This document shows positions 52,702 through 64,000 of a DNA stretch of 64,000 nucleotides, piece after piece. Source of the stretch: Lama glama (taxonomy: Eukaryota); NCBI GenBank assembly GCA_028534125.1, contig JAPYYK010000093.1:620001-684000 (forward strand), written 5' to 3'. Under the pieces are notes generated by a model. That model was given only the letters and a program-made list of their open reading frames with translations, was not told the origin of the DNA and made no database searches. The position numbers were made by a program, and so were the translations under genes. Position 1 is the first letter of the stretch, and the number at the start of each line of letters is the position of its first letter.

Positions 52702-55002
52702 GGGTATCTCAGACTAGTCCTTGCTGAGGACAGGCAAGTCCCTATTGCCTCCTAGGCTGATCTGACCCATGAAGAGATCAGCCTCAGTGTCTTCCTTACC
52801 TTCCATATCCCCGTACCTAGGGCTTGTTGTCAAGAGATAAGCAGAAGCTCAAGAGAAAGCCTTTGGGACCAGGATACTTGAGTGTCCCCCTGCCCCTGTC
52901 AGGCCCCAGCACAACACAACTTGGGCTCTGCCTTTACAGAGTGTCCTCGGGGGCCCTGGCACCAGTTCTGGTCCCATCACTTGTCCACAGGATCCTTGAG
53001 TTCGTGTGCCCCCTCCATGGAGTGTACAGCTGGTATAGCACTTGGCTCAAGATGGGACCGGTAGACAAAGTCACCAGGAATCAATTGAGGCCAGGCCTGC
53101 CCTCCATACACTTAGTCCGTGTTGGCTATGAGGTGGAGTGGCAAGGCCACTGGGGCTGCAGAGGACAGAGGCTCTTGCTTTGCGCAGGCAATCAGAGATG
53201 GCTGCCGCAAGGCGGCACTTGAGTTGAGTCTTGCTTATTGAGGAGATTTTTAACAGGAAGAAGAGAGGGCAGGGACGCTCCAGGGGGAGAACCGCCATGT
53301 CACAGCATACACATTCCCAGCCAGGCTGCTGACTGGGGACCCTGGGCAGTAATCTGTAAGTCTAGTTTATCGGGTTCAGCGATAGGCTTGGAAAGAGGGA
53401 TTACCCAAGGGACATGGTGGTGCCTGGAGCTACCACCCTTTACCTCCCATTCTCTGCTGTTTGTTCCCCTTGACCACAGAGGACAGCTGGGCACATCTTC
53501 TACCCTGGGGCCCCGTGGACCTGATCGTCAGCAACCCTCCCTATGTCTTCCACCGGGACATGGAGCAGCTGGCCCCTGAGATCCTCAGGTGTGTGGTAGA
53601 CCAGGGAGGCCAGGCCTGAGAAGGTCTAGTGGGATGGATCTGTCCTGGAGGACCACACCATCAGGGGGATAGGGAGATTAGGGGGCTGAAAGGGGCAATG
53701 GTGTTGAAAGAGAGGCTCACTCTGGAACCCACGGACCTATTTGGGTTCAGCTTCTGCCTTCCCACTTAAGACCACTGAACCCCTCGCACCTCAGTTTCCT
53801 GCCTCTGAAAAGGGAGTGGTAGAGCTTTGCAGGGCCATGGAGAGGACTCAGTGATGACTAAAATATCAGACGTGGTGTACAGTACTTAGAAGGTGCTCGG
53901 ATGGGTGCATCATTTTCCAGAAGACTGAGGCCAAGAGGGTCTTGTTCAAACTCGTGTGGGGGCTTAGCAGGAAAGCTGGGACTAAGACTCTACTCCAGGC
54001 TTTGCACTGAGCCATCCTGCTCTCAGAGGCTGAGAATCAGGGGCTGGCTTCCCCTTTGCTGGCTCTCAGGAGTAGTCAGGGCCAGCTCTAGGCCTCCCCA
54101 GGCCAAGAATAGGAACATCTTTGTTGTGGGGAGGCCCTCATGCCTTGGACGTTGTCATTCTTTACGGATCACTGAGCACTCCCAGCACTGCCTGGTGGGA
54201 GGCTGCCTATAAGAGGTAGGGGAATTGGAGCTGCCATCATTTGGGGGCTCCCCCTCTGGGTCCTCAGACTCTCCTTTCAGCCTAGAGCGTGAGTTCCATA
54301 GAGCCCTCTTTGTGGAAGCCCTGCTCAGCTTCTCCACAGCCATCCCAGGCCCTCACCTCCCACCGTTTTCCCCTTCAGCTATGAAGACCCAGTAGCCCTG
54401 GATGGTGGCGAGGAGGGCATGGACATCATTTCCCACATCCTGGCCCTGGCACCTCGACTCCTGAAGGACTCTGGGTATGGATGGGGTGTCTCCTGGGTCT
54501 AACCTCAGCAGCCTCTCCCTCCCAGTATGTACTGGGCCTGCCCTGGCCATCATTCTACCTCTACTCCTCCCAGCTCAGGCAACCCAGAAGTGCAGGTCCA
54601 GCACTGCCCAGTTGAGCTGACCCATTTCTCCCCCATATAGAAGCATCTTCTTAGAAGTGGACCCAAGACACCCAGAGCTCGTTGGCAGCTGGCTTCAGAG
54701 CCGGCCAGACCTGTTCCTCGATCTCGTGACTGTGCGCCGGGATTTCTGTGGGAGGTGAGGCTCTACCCCACCCCCAGCTCCCACAGCCACACTGGTCCTT
54801 CCGCTCTGACTATTCCAGCTCTGGCTGTGGGGCAAGTGTGCGGTTCCCACACCCAGCTCATTCCCCAGGGCCCAGACAGTGACTGCCCCCTTGTCTCTGT
54901 CTCCTTAGGCCCCGGTTCCTGCATATCCAGAGGTCTAGGCCACAGCGTGGTTGCCCTGCAGATGCCTGGCCAGTGCCCCAGCCTCCCAGAGTGGCTGGCT
55001 GA
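46529..55002 (+). CDS. HEMK1: HemK methyltransferase family member 1 (MTQ1; mitochondrial release factor N5-glutamine methyltransferase), spliced CDS of 1059 nt / 352 aa
   Basis: Join 46529-46738, 47027-47118, 47433-47526, 51699-51833, 52155-52219, 52481-52530, 53480-53588, 54379-54474, 54641-54754, 54909-55002. All introns are GT-AG with consistent phases and there is no internal stop. Contains [23 protein letters not shown], the SAM motif [17 protein letters not shown] and [13 protein letters not shown], all diagnostic of HemK/PrmC. Confidence 0.97.
47027..47118 (+). CDS. HEMK1: HEMK1 coding exon 2 ([13 protein letters not shown]...RLQR)
   Basis: gggcag|TTT acceptor and AG|GTGAGC donor; 92 nt. 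Confidence 0.95.
47433..47526 (+). CDS. HEMK1: HEMK1 coding exon 3 ([12 protein letters not shown]...IPRPETE)
   Basis: ctgcag|G acceptor and GAG|GTAAGT donor; 94 nt. Confidence 0.97.
47598..47611 (+). promoter_or_regulatory. CTCF core motif CCTCCAGGGGGCGC in a HEMK1 intron
   Basis: One tolerated substitution (A>T at position 3) from CCACCAGGGGGCGC, followed by TG. Confidence 0.65.
51400..51590 (-). mobile_element. MIR SINE in a HEMK1 intron
   Basis: ccctgtgaggtggg...tttacagatggggaagtggaggcacggaga. Confidence 0.75.
51699..51833 (+). CDS. HEMK1: HEMK1 coding exon 4 ([10 protein letters not shown]...[20 protein letters not shown])
   Basis: ttgtag|GAA acceptor and CAG|GTGAGC donor; 135 nt; SAM-binding motif I. 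Confidence 0.97.
52155..52219 (+). CDS. HEMK1: HEMK1 coding exon 5 ([22 protein letters not shown])
   Basis: gggcag|AGC acceptor and AG|GTAGGT donor; 65 nt. Confidence 0.94.
52481..52530 (+). CDS. HEMK1: HEMK1 coding exon 6 ([16 protein letters not shown])
   Basis: Strong polypyrimidine tract plus ctccag|G; weak donor TAG|GTACCT; 50 nt. Confidence 0.92.
52644..52701. repeat. (CA)n-rich alternating purine-pyrimidine tract in a HEMK1 intron
   Basis: Direct inspection. Confidence 0.95.
53480..53588 (+). CDS. HEMK1: HEMK1 coding exon 7 ([37 protein letters not shown])
   Basis: ccacag|AG acceptor and AG|GTGTGT donor; 109 nt; catalytic NPPY at 53533-53544. Confidence 0.96.
53700..53890 (+). mobile_element. 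MIR SINE in a HEMK1 intron
   Basis: actctggaaccc...tgggttc...cctcagtttcctgcctctgaaaaggg. Confidence 0.7.
54379..54474 (+). CDS. HEMK1: HEMK1 coding exon 8 ([32 protein letters not shown])
   Basis: cttcag|C acceptor and GG|GTATGG donor; 96 nt. Confidence 0.96.
54641..54754 (+). CDS. HEMK1: HEMK1 coding exon 9 ([14 protein letters not shown]...RRDFCGR)
   Basis: atatag|A acceptor and AG|GTGAGG donor; 114 nt. Confidence 0.96.
54909..55002 (+). CDS. HEMK1: HEMK1 terminal coding exon ([11 protein letters not shown] plus extension [19 protein letters not shown])
   Basis: ccttag|G acceptor; first in-frame stop is TGA at 55000-55002. Confidence 0.9.
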
Positions 55003-55304
55003 CACTTCTACCTGGAATGCTACTTTAAGGGAGGTGGGTGGTGCCTTCCAGAACCTCAGATGCTTGCAGCACTTCCTGTGGCTCTGTGATTCCCCATGTT
55101 CTACATTTCTAGGAGATTTGAGGGTAGAAGCAAGGGCAGGGATGTCCTTCCTGGGGCAGCCAAAAGCAAGGGTACCCACAGTCCAGCTTAGGAGCTGAGC
55201 AGACCCAGGTTCCCAATCTGGTTCTATCACATCAGTGTGGCAAAGGCAGGTTGCTCAGTGTCTCTGTGGGTGGAGTTGCTCTGGGGATGTTGAGAGATAC
55301 AGCC

Positions 55305-55310
55305 AATAAA
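55305..55310 (+). terminator. HEMK1: HEMK1 polyadenylation signal AATAAA
   Basis: Canonical hexamer ~300 nt after the stop, followed by a GU/U-rich element (tgttttgttattgtggtttg, 55341-55360). Confidence 0.75.
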
Positions 55311-57094
55311 GTAGCAAGAGACCAGCAAGTGGTGACCTAATGTTTTGTTATTGTGGTTTGTGGGTCCCCTGACCCTTTGCCCCTAGGCAGTGCTGGGGTA
55401 AGAGCTTCCTTCTGCCCCAGCGGGCCTGGCTGTCAGGCCCCACCTGGTGGGGGTGTGGGGTGCAGTGTGGAGAAGGTCACTTGTGCTCCTCCTGGCCTCA
55501 GATGCCAGGGCACTTGGCACTGAGCTCCTCTCTCCCGGGGGTTGGCTTAGCCTTCCAGTGCCCCAGGTGCACTAAAGCACACTCCCTTGACTGGGTCTAG
55601 ACGCAGCACAGTAATTGCATCTGAGCTTGAGCTTGGGGGTGGCTGCCTACTTTCTGGTGGGGAGGGGGCTGAGGGGTCTTGCTGCACAGTTCTGGGGTCA
55701 CGTGTCCACATTCATTTAACAGGAGGGGGTGAGCAGGGCTTGTTTTACTTTTTATTCCCATAGTTTTTAGCTAAAATGTTCCTTCTAAGTCAGCCTTGGG
55801 GTTTCTGATATCCCATCTATCCCTGGTTGGGGCTGGGGAGAGTGAGAAGCTGAGGTGGTGAGCACAAGGTTGACCTCCACCCCAGCTCTGGTTGACAGAC
55901 TTGTGGCTGCCAGGAGGCCTGAAGGCCCAGCCCTTCTGTCCACAGTGGCAGGAGACCTCCAGGTTGGCAGGTGCTGATGTTAGCCTGCATCAGAGTGGGT
56001 CCTGAGAAACACAGTGGACCAGGCTGGTGCATTCTTTTGTATTCCCCTCTCCCATTCCTCCAACCTGTCACTTGCAAGGGCCTGACCTGGTGGTGCAGTG
56101 GCCAGAGGCAGTGTGGTCCAGTGGGCAGCATCCTCTGATGGAGCCAGGATGCTGGTTTCCAGGGCTGTGTTTTACAGTGGGACCTTGGCAGCTCCCTTCC
56201 CTGTGAGAGGTTGGCTCCAAGGTCAGTGCAAGGTAGCAGCCTCATTTTACTCTCAGTCAGTCAGTTGAAGGGTGTAGCTGGTATCTGAGTGCCCACTCCC
56301 GAGGCATGGACTCCACAAGAGGAGACATGGCCTGCCTGAGGTCACATAGTGGGAGGAAGTCCAATGGCGATGGAAAGTTAGGTCCCTGCCCTGGGGGGGT
56401 CTGTATTGCTGGAGTTACACCTGGCCTGAGCGACTCCTCCGCTGTGGTTAGGGGTTGCGTTTGCCTTAGCAGAGGCCACACTGCAGCCCAAGGGCCCCAG
56501 TATCCTGCTTCTTGCCCAGCCCTAGCTGCATGGACCCTAAACTGCCTCTAGCTTCCTTTGAGGAGGAGCCAGGGACTTATCCTCATGGCTGCTCCAGAAG
56601 GACCTGGAAGGACAGGATGGGACACAGCAGGGCAAGATGCCTGGCTTTCTGAGCCCCCATATACTCTCAGACCTTTGCCTGCCTCACCAGTGTTGCCCTT
56701 TCTCTCCTCCTACCTGTGCCCTTTGACTATTGATGCTGTCTTCAGCGGCATCTCAGGGCAGTTGCCTTGACCTAGCAGTCTCTTACCTCCTTGTCCCACA
56801 GCCTGGGCCACTCCTCAACCAGTGATGGCTTCCCTGATGGTCTAACCCTCCTGGCCTCAGGCTCATTACTGAGGAAGAACCTTGGCAAGCATGTGAGTAT
56901 CACAGCACAAGAGAGTGATGATGGGAAGTGACAGTATAGGGGCAGCTGGGGACACTGAAACAGGAGCCACCCTTGGGACACCTTCCTTCTATAGGGCTTG
57001 ACTCCCCTGGGGAAGAGGTTCAGGCCAAGTGGACCGGCAGGGTGGGTCTTCAAGCCTGCAGCCATGGGTTGACTGGGACTTGGACATTGAGCTC

Positions 57095-57260
57095 CAGTGT
57101 TGGAGCCACACCAGCCTGGATGCAGATCCTGACATCTGCCCCTCGCTAGATGTGACCTTGGGTGGATGACTTCACCTCCCTCAGCCTTGGCTTCCAAATC
57201 TGAGAAATGGTATCAAGCGCTTTATCTTAATATGATTGCCAGGAGTCCATGGGTTGCACC
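57095..57260 (+). mobile_element. MIR SINE
   Basis: tggagccacaccagcctggatgcagatcctg...tgtgaccttgggtggatgacttcacctc. Confidence 0.75.
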
Positions 57261-58917
57261 TTTCATGGGGCACTATGAGTACCTCCATTGCCTGCCTTGG
57301 AGGGCAGACACAGGGAGGGCTCTGTACTCTCATGCTTTTCTTGTGCTTGGCACCAACACAAGGCAGACAGACACAGCAGTCTGGAAAGGAGGAAAGGCAG
57401 GGGTTTGAGTCTTGGGCTCTTGACTTCTCTCTGCCCTCTGGAAATGGAGCCACTAAGGGGCTGGTAGCTTGGCAGCCAGATCTCCCCTTAGTCCCTCCTC
57501 TCCCTCCTCACCAGGACCTGAGTGCCCTGAGGTCCAAGCCAGAGTAACCAGTGCCTCTAGCATAGGGAAAACCAGTCTCACTCACCCTATCTCCTCCATT
57601 CTCCTGGTGCCAGCGCCAGAGATGAGCTGCCTCCTTTAGCATGTGTTGTGGAGCCCTAGAGACAGAACAGCAGGAGGACGTGGGGCTGATGGTGGAATCT
57701 AGGTTCTGCAGGCACCTGAGGTCTTGAGGGATGTGCCTGCTACTCGCCCAGCCTCCTTTGAGCACAGGCAAAGGGGTAGGAGTCCCTGATGACTGTACTC
57801 TGGAAGAGCAATTCCCTCCCCTCTTCTGACAGTAGAGGAAACTGAGACTTTGCCTCACAGTTGGATGCTTTTCCCAGCTGCCATGGCTCTCTCCATGGGT
57901 CCTGTCTAGCTCCTTTATTGAAATGTGCCTTTTCTGCTCTCCCCTATTCCACCTGGACCCTGGGCCATTAACTTCTCTCAGTCCCCCGCTTAAGCCCTTG
58001 GGTAGCTCCCCATGACCTGAGTGTGATCTCTGTGTCCTGCAGAGTCCAGGTCTGAAGAGGTGGGATGGCTATGAGAAGGGCCCTGGGGAGCCCTCCCAAA
58101 GCCCTGTCAGTGCTCTGAGCAAGCGTCCATCAGAACAAAGTGTTCCACTGCTGATTGGCTTTGAGAATTGCTTTAACCTATTCGGGCCAGCATGACCCTC
58201 CCTATTCACTTTGGGATTCTTTTTTCCGCTGCTCTGGACTCCAGCCTCCCTATAGAGCTCTCCATTCCCCACACACCCCTCCTTCCCCTTGCCCCAGCAG
58301 TTCATTCATCAGGAATGCCTTTGCCTACCACTTCCAGTCCAAGATTATTCTTTTCTTCAAGTCCCAACAGAAATGCTGTCTCCTCTGGAACACCCACTCT
58401 GACCTCTGTGTTCTCCCTTCTACCGGTACCAGTGACATTCTACCCCATGCGTTTGGAACCTTTCTGTGTCTGTCTCATCTCTGGGGTCCCATATGGATCT
58501 AGCATACTGCAAGCTCAGTGAATGTCCACCAATAAGCCTATAGTATGTGCATTTTCTAGAATGGAGCTGGAATTTCCCATGTGGCTCACATCTGACCTGA
58601 CAGCAGCTCTCACATATTCTGGGCAGCAGAGAGAGGAAGCTCTGAGGGCCTAGCCTCCCACCCGAGCCAGGCAGCTGTTTGAGTTGAGCCATAGCCACTA
58701 GGAGGGCTCAAGTGCACCTGATCTCTGCACAGTGGCCACGCCAGGAGTACAGGCTGTCCTTGGCGGGAGCAGGGGCAGGCGCCAGGTTTCCTGGAGCTCT
58801 GGGGCCCAGCCAGAGTGTTGGCCAGAACAGCAGTCTGATCCCCGCCTCATGACCCCTCGGTTCTGGGACAGGCCGTCTGGGCAGGGATTGAGACTGTCAA
58901 AGCAACCCTCCCCCTCC

Positions 58918-59272
58918 TGTGGTCGGCAGGATGATAGCCCCAAAGATACCCACATCTTAATCCCCCAAACCTATGAGTGTGTTACCTTACGTGGCAAAAG
59001 GAACTTTGCAGATTTGATTAAGTTAAGGATCTTGAGATGGAATGATTATCCTGGAATATTCAGGTGGACTCAGTGTAATCACAGGGGAAAAGGCGAGGAA
59101 ATGGATTCTCCCCAAGAGCCTCAAGAAAGAATGCCATCTTGCCAAGACCTTGATTTTAACCTGGTAAAACTGATTTTGGATTTCTGACTTCCAGAACTGT
59201 AAGATGATATATTTGTGTTGTTTTAAAACACTGAATTTGTGGTTGTTATAGCAGCAATTAGAAACTAATACA
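58918..59272 (+). mobile_element. ERVL-MaLR LTR (MLT1D-like, internally deleted)
   Basis: TGTGG start; ...atgagtgtgttaccttacgtggcaaaaggaactttgcagat...; ends ...atagcagcaattagaaactaataca, the typical MLT1 terminus. Confidence 0.9.
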
Positions 59273-59400
59273 GATTTTGGTACCCAAAATGAAGTGCTGC
59301 TCTAACAAGTACCTAGAAATGGAAGTAGCTTTGCAATTGAAATTTAGAAATGGGAAAAGACTGAAAATTTTTGAGGTGCATGATAGACTGCCTTGAATGC
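59273..59400 (+). mobile_element. MLT1-internal 5' fragment
   Basis: GATTTTGGTACC...gtgctgctctaacaagtacctagaaatggaagtagcttt immediately after the LTR. Confidence 0.8.
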
Positions 59401-61939
59401 TTTTCCTCTGAGCAGTGAGGTGGCCAGGGGTGGGGGTTGCGAACCCTCTACAATCTGGGGACCTGAGCTGCCCAGGCCCCCTGTCCACCTGCCCAGGGTG
59501 GGCCCCAGAGAGTCTGGCCCGGGCACTGGGAGTGGGAGGAGAATGGGACTGAGATTGGGGAAGAGATAGCAAAGCTGGCCTCCGTGGCCCATATCCATTG
59601 GCATGAGGACCACCTATGTATGCTCTCAAAGACTGGATCTGAGCCTGTTCCTGGCTTCCGTGGAGTCATGTGGTTGGCCCAGCATGCCTTGAGTATGTAA
59701 GGATGAGCAGAGGGTGAGTAGGTACCATGTCTGTGAAATGAGTGCAGTAGCCCCTGACTAGGAGCAGAAAAGCAGCTCTGGCCAACACTCCCCACTCCAT
59801 GTAAGCCTTGGAGATTTGGCTCCTTCCAGTCACCAGGCAGTGCCCAGCTCCTGCTATAGGTGTGGGCTGGGCTGTGTGGCTGGAATAGAATTTAGTCATT
59901 CCTGGGATTCTCAGCCTCATGGTCCCCAAAGCTGAAGTGGCTAATTGGAACCCTCGACTCTGCCTGTCCACGCCTGGACCAGGACCTCACTCCAGATGAA
60001 TGAGGGACACTCAGTGGCTCTGGAGGCACCATCCCACCTGGCCAAGGTCTGGGGCTCCTGAAGCCACAGCCCCAACTCAGGAGCCACATGGAGAGCTACT
60101 GGGGGGCCAGACATGGGCTGACGTGCCTCATGCTGGGTCTGAGAACTGAGAATCTGGGCGATGGACAGTCTGGACACCTGAGTTCAAGGGTCAGCTTAAG
60201 TCCCCTGATATGCTTTGGATGAAGCCAAGAAGGCCTGTTTGTATTGGCAGGGGTAAATTGTAGCAAGACACATGTCCAATCCCTGATTCCCTCTCTCTTA
60301 AACAGAGAAGAAAGGGGCTAACTCAAGATCATATAGCACTTGTCTCCTGACTCCTGATGCAGTGCCCTCAGCCCCCATTGCTTCCAAGGGCTCTTGGTCA
60401 TTTAATTGGGTGGCTTGTGTGGCTGTTTTATATGGCTCTTCACGTAGCTCTGGGATGCACAAATTGTGGCTCATAAAGTCCTCGGGGCCAAATGGCTGAT
60501 GTCAGCTCCATTAGCCCAACTGCACCAATGGGTGTGTGGACAGATCTGGGTCCCATCTGAAGCCTTGGTAGTAGTTGTGAGGAAAGTGGGATTTCCCCCA
60601 AGTAAACGGGTCCTGCTCTGAGGGAACTGGTAATGCACTGCTGAAAGGACCTTTAGGCATCTTTGGCCTTGTAATCAGGAATCAGATGTGTAAGAGCTTC
60701 AAATTCTGGGACCACTCCACTTCCGAGACACACTCCCCTCAACCATCCTATAGGAAAATGGTCAAGATAGGCCAGTTTGACAGTTCACAGAGTAGGAGAG
60801 GCAAAGGGAGCTTACCTCAGCCTCACTGGGAGCCCTAGACTGAGCTGGCCTGCACTTGGCCCCGGCCATGGCTGAGGATTCAAGGTGAGGTGGCTCAGAC
60901 CAGCTCTGCCCCAGGGAAGGCAGGCCTGGCCTGGTGGCCCCTTTCCAGAGGCTGGGGTCTCTCCCAGAGACTCTGCCTCTCAGAGCTGGGGATGCCACCA
61001 TATTGCCCCTTGTACTGAATCTGTCGCCCTCTCCTGGGACATGAGTTTGGGGGAGTGGAAAGATCAGATCTCCTACCTTGCTGAGCCCAGGGAGCGGATT
61101 GTTGGGGCTTGAGGCACCCACAAAGATCCCTGTGTGTAGATGAGAATATTAATAAGGCTCAGCAGGCCTGGGCTGGGGCTTGAACCCAAGTCTCTTCTTT
61201 GGCTCCCAGCCTCCAGCCTTACATCAGCTGCAGACCCCGACCCTGCCTTGCTTTCCAAGAGTGGTCCTGCCTGCCAGGAGAGGCAGCCAAAGCCCTTTGC
61301 CATTCCTGGAAGTCAGTGTGAGGCCAAGCTGTGTGGGCAAGCAGAGTAAACCCCAAGCTAGAGCTGCCTGGGCCTTGCTTGCCCTTGGACCTTGCAGCTG
61401 AGTGAAGTATCCGACCAGTGCTCCCTGGGCCTTCCTCCTCCTCCATCTTCTTGCCGTCATTTCTTGAGCTCCTGCTGGGCGATGGGCCCCAAGCAGCTGC
61501 TTTGCATTTATTAGTTTTAATCATGCTACCTCACACACTGGGTTTTTAATCATCTTCATGATGAGGAAACCAAGGCTCAGCAGGGTGCAGGTCACACAGC
61601 TGGACTGGAAGGGAGGCTGAGGCTGCTTTTGCTGCCCATTTGACTGTCAGAGACACTGAGGCCAGCATAGCTAGACCCTGGGCTGCTCCCTTCAGGGCTC
61701 AATGCAGTGGTCCACCTGGGCTTATGGATCCTCGGAGCAGGAGCAAGGCTTGCCAGGGCTGATCCCAGAGGGCTTTCTGGAAGCCCAGTGTTTACGCCTA
61801 TGGGCTCTTCTCCTGAGCTGTGTGCAACATAGGCCCAGACCTCAGTCTTCCAATCCCTACTGTGTGCCAGGCTCTGGGGAGATGGCATCAATCAGAAGAG
61901 CCTATAAAATATGAAGATTGAATGGTGCACCCTGAACCA

Positions 61940-62085
61940 AGTGCTTCTGGGATTATCTCATTCGCCCTCAAGATATCCCATAAGGCAGAGTCTGTGAACC
62001 ATCTCATCTTACAGACAAGGAAACGAACTGAAAAAGGCTAAGGAGCTTGCTCATGTGCTGGCTGAACTGGGATTCTGGCACAAGC
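61940..62085 (-). mobile_element. MIR SINE
   Basis: attatctcatt...cttacagacaaggaaac...ggctaaggagcttgctc. Confidence 0.65.
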
Positions 62086-63169
62086 AGAATGACCCAGGAC
62101 CTGGACCTTTGCCATCACACCAGGCTTGAAGAGGATGAGGCACAGGACAGGGATAGAGCAGGCAGAGAGGGCAGTCTAGGCAGAAGCCTGGAGGCCTGAA
62201 ATCATGTGAACAGGGATGTATAGGGGCAAGGCAGTGATGGTGGTGAATGCCCTTGGATGAGTTCTGAATGCATTTCTGGATACCAGGGGCCTAATTTAAG
62301 TTTCAGGGTATCTGAAGATCCAGATGTTAACATTTGGGGATGTAGCCTGGAGGCAGCACTTTAGATGGAGTTGAGAAGACCACCCTTCCAGGCCTGAGGG
62401 CTGTCAACCACAGTGACCAGGCATCTCCATGTGTAATGGTGCCATGTGCCACACATACTTTGTCATCAATCCTGTCTGCATATCTTGGGCGCCTTCCTAG
62501 GCCCACTAGACAGATGAAAAGACTGAGGCTTAACCTGCCCAACATCACACAAGCAGGAAGTGGCTGTGGTAGTATTTGAGCCCAGTCCTCTGACACCCCA
62601 GCTGGAAGGAGAGTGAGCAGGCCAACTGAGGCCAACTGCAGCTCAGGGCTCCAATTCCCCGGGGGGCCCCAGTGCCGAGCTGGGGTGGCCCCAGGGCTGA
62701 CGTGGCCTTCCAGGGCAAAGAGGAAAGTGATGAGTCAAACAAAAAGCACCAGATGTGGAGTGAGCTTTCCCCCCTCCCAGCTGCCCGGGTGCCAGACTTT
62801 CACACCCCACAGAAGAGGGGCCCATTGGGGAGGGGAGGGCAGTGAAAGTGGCTGCTACTGGAAGGAGGTTCCGATGTACTCCGGATGTGGGGTGGGACTG
62901 GCAGACTCCCAGACTCTGGTTCCCAGCTGACAGGTGGGTGAGAAAAGTGAGTCCTGTCTCTGCGTAAGCGGGTATAAAGCCTCCTGTATCATGGGAAGCA
63001 CAGGTCCTCAGGTCTGGGTGGTTCCGGGAGGAGTGTGTGGATGTGCCTAAAACCCTTCTTGAAGGCATTCCACAGCTCAAGAACTGACCAGAGCTCCCCA
63101 CTGCCTGCCTGCATGGAAACCCTGCCTCTTGCTCATTCTGCCCAGCCCTCTTGCCCAGACCCCTAGAGC

Positions 63170-63600
63170 TGTGGAGTTTGTTCTGTTAAACTAAATTTCA
63201 CATGGAACTCAAATAATATATATTTTTAAAAGATAAAGACAGCATCTTAAACATAAATATATTTTATAAATTCAGATTCTCAACACTTTGTTAGTGTTAA
63301 GTCCATCAAGGTGAAGAGTGATGAGTACTGTCGTTTGAACGGGGGGCTAGGGTGGAAGTGAACCTTATGTTAGCCTCAGAGTCCAGTTTCTTTCGGTATT
63401 TGATTTTGGTGGCACAGGACCAAGTGACCCCTGATTCTCACAGATAAATGATTACAAAAGTAGCAGTGTTTCTGACCACCTTGCAGTCTCCTTCATTCGC
63501 AGGGACAGCAGGAGAAGCTTTATGCCAAGCTCAGTCCAAATCTGGTTCTCTGGACACACAGGAAAGATTCTAAATGGTCATAATTTGGTGTTGTGCCCAT
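63170..63600 (-). mobile_element. hAT-Charlie DNA transposon 3' fragment with fossil transposase C-terminus
   Basis: Minus strand from 63449 reads IYL*ESGVTWSCATKIKYRKKLDSEANIRF, resembling the hAT dimerisation-domain signature (YLCESGFS...KTKYRNKLD.E.D.R); followed by a Charlie-like AT-rich subterminal region. Confidence 0.7.
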
Positions 63601-64000
63601 TTGAGTCTATGTGTGGTTTTTTTTAAAATTGGGCTTTTTCAATAGTTAAAAATACAAAAGAAAGAGGGGGAAAGGAAGAGAAGGGAAGGAGAGAGGGAAA
63701 GGCGGGCAAGGGAGAGAGAAGGAACTCATGTGGGGCATCTGAGGATGCCCTCTCTCAGATTCTTGGTGAGGTTAGCCTCTGGCTCTCCTGGGAAGCCCAC
63801 CCTGACTGCTCCATCCCTACGGGTCCTAAAGGTTCCAGTGTCTCCTCTCACCCAGCATTTGTCCCAGCAAGTGAATCTGGACTGCATGCTCCTGAAAAGT
63901 CTCTGGAGTTCACGACCTACAGCATGGACCTTCCAGATACTCAGTCCCTGGTTCTGGGGTGGGAAGAAGGCCCCAAGCAGGGTACAAGGACTAGGGGCTT

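Noticed and set aside
54638-54643. NAGNAG acceptor (TAG AAG) at a HEMK1 exon
   Set aside because: It would remove only one Ser, the proximal TAG is normally dominant over AAG, and there is no evidence of use.
61303-61311. STAT5-type GAS site TTCCTGGAA near the presumed CISH locus
   Set aside because: A single TTCYNRGAA is expected about four times by chance in 64 kb (others at 490-498 and in the L1); no tandem partner.
55400-64000. CISH 3' end (expected rightwards by synteny)
   Set aside because: No SH2 or SOCS-box coding sequence seen; the gene probably lies beyond the window.

Overview
Eutherian mammal genomic DNA: GC-rich, short-read-style assembly with five N gaps. By my recall of human gene order it corresponds to the 3p21.3 interval CACNA2D2-[C3orf18-HEMK1]-CISH. 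Two intact spliced genes lie head-to-head at a pair of CpG islands (43.5-45.5 kb). C3orf18 is on the minus strand (4 coding exons, 162 aa, single-pass membrane protein). HEMK1/MTQ1 is on the plus strand (10 coding exons, 352 aa, HemK/PrmC-type N5-glutamine methyltransferase with GCGSG and NPPY motifs). Exon phases were checked by hand and both frames are open. I found no exon of CACNA2D2 or CISH. The first ~35 kb is non-coding. It holds old repeats (MIR, L2, L1M, MLT1, hAT-Charlie, MER91), one ERV-like solo LTR, an orphan CpG island and several short AT-rich, homeodomain-motif-dense islands that look like enhancers. The most notable observations are: (1) this HEMK1 differs from the human protein at both ends (first ATG is AGG; the stop is CAG, adding 19 aa); (2) three chained uORFs and a 26-nt frame-critical microexon in C3orf18; (3) near-perfect CTCF motifs arranged divergently around the gene pair; (4) a triple inverted TAATTGGCA element; (5) a CCAAT/octamer/E2F-loaded LTR; (6) no recognisable young SINE in 64 kb. 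I cannot support a claim of a wholly new biological system from sequence alone. Almost all entries in the ORF track are spurious. Repeat family names and human comparisons are from memory, not from database searches.
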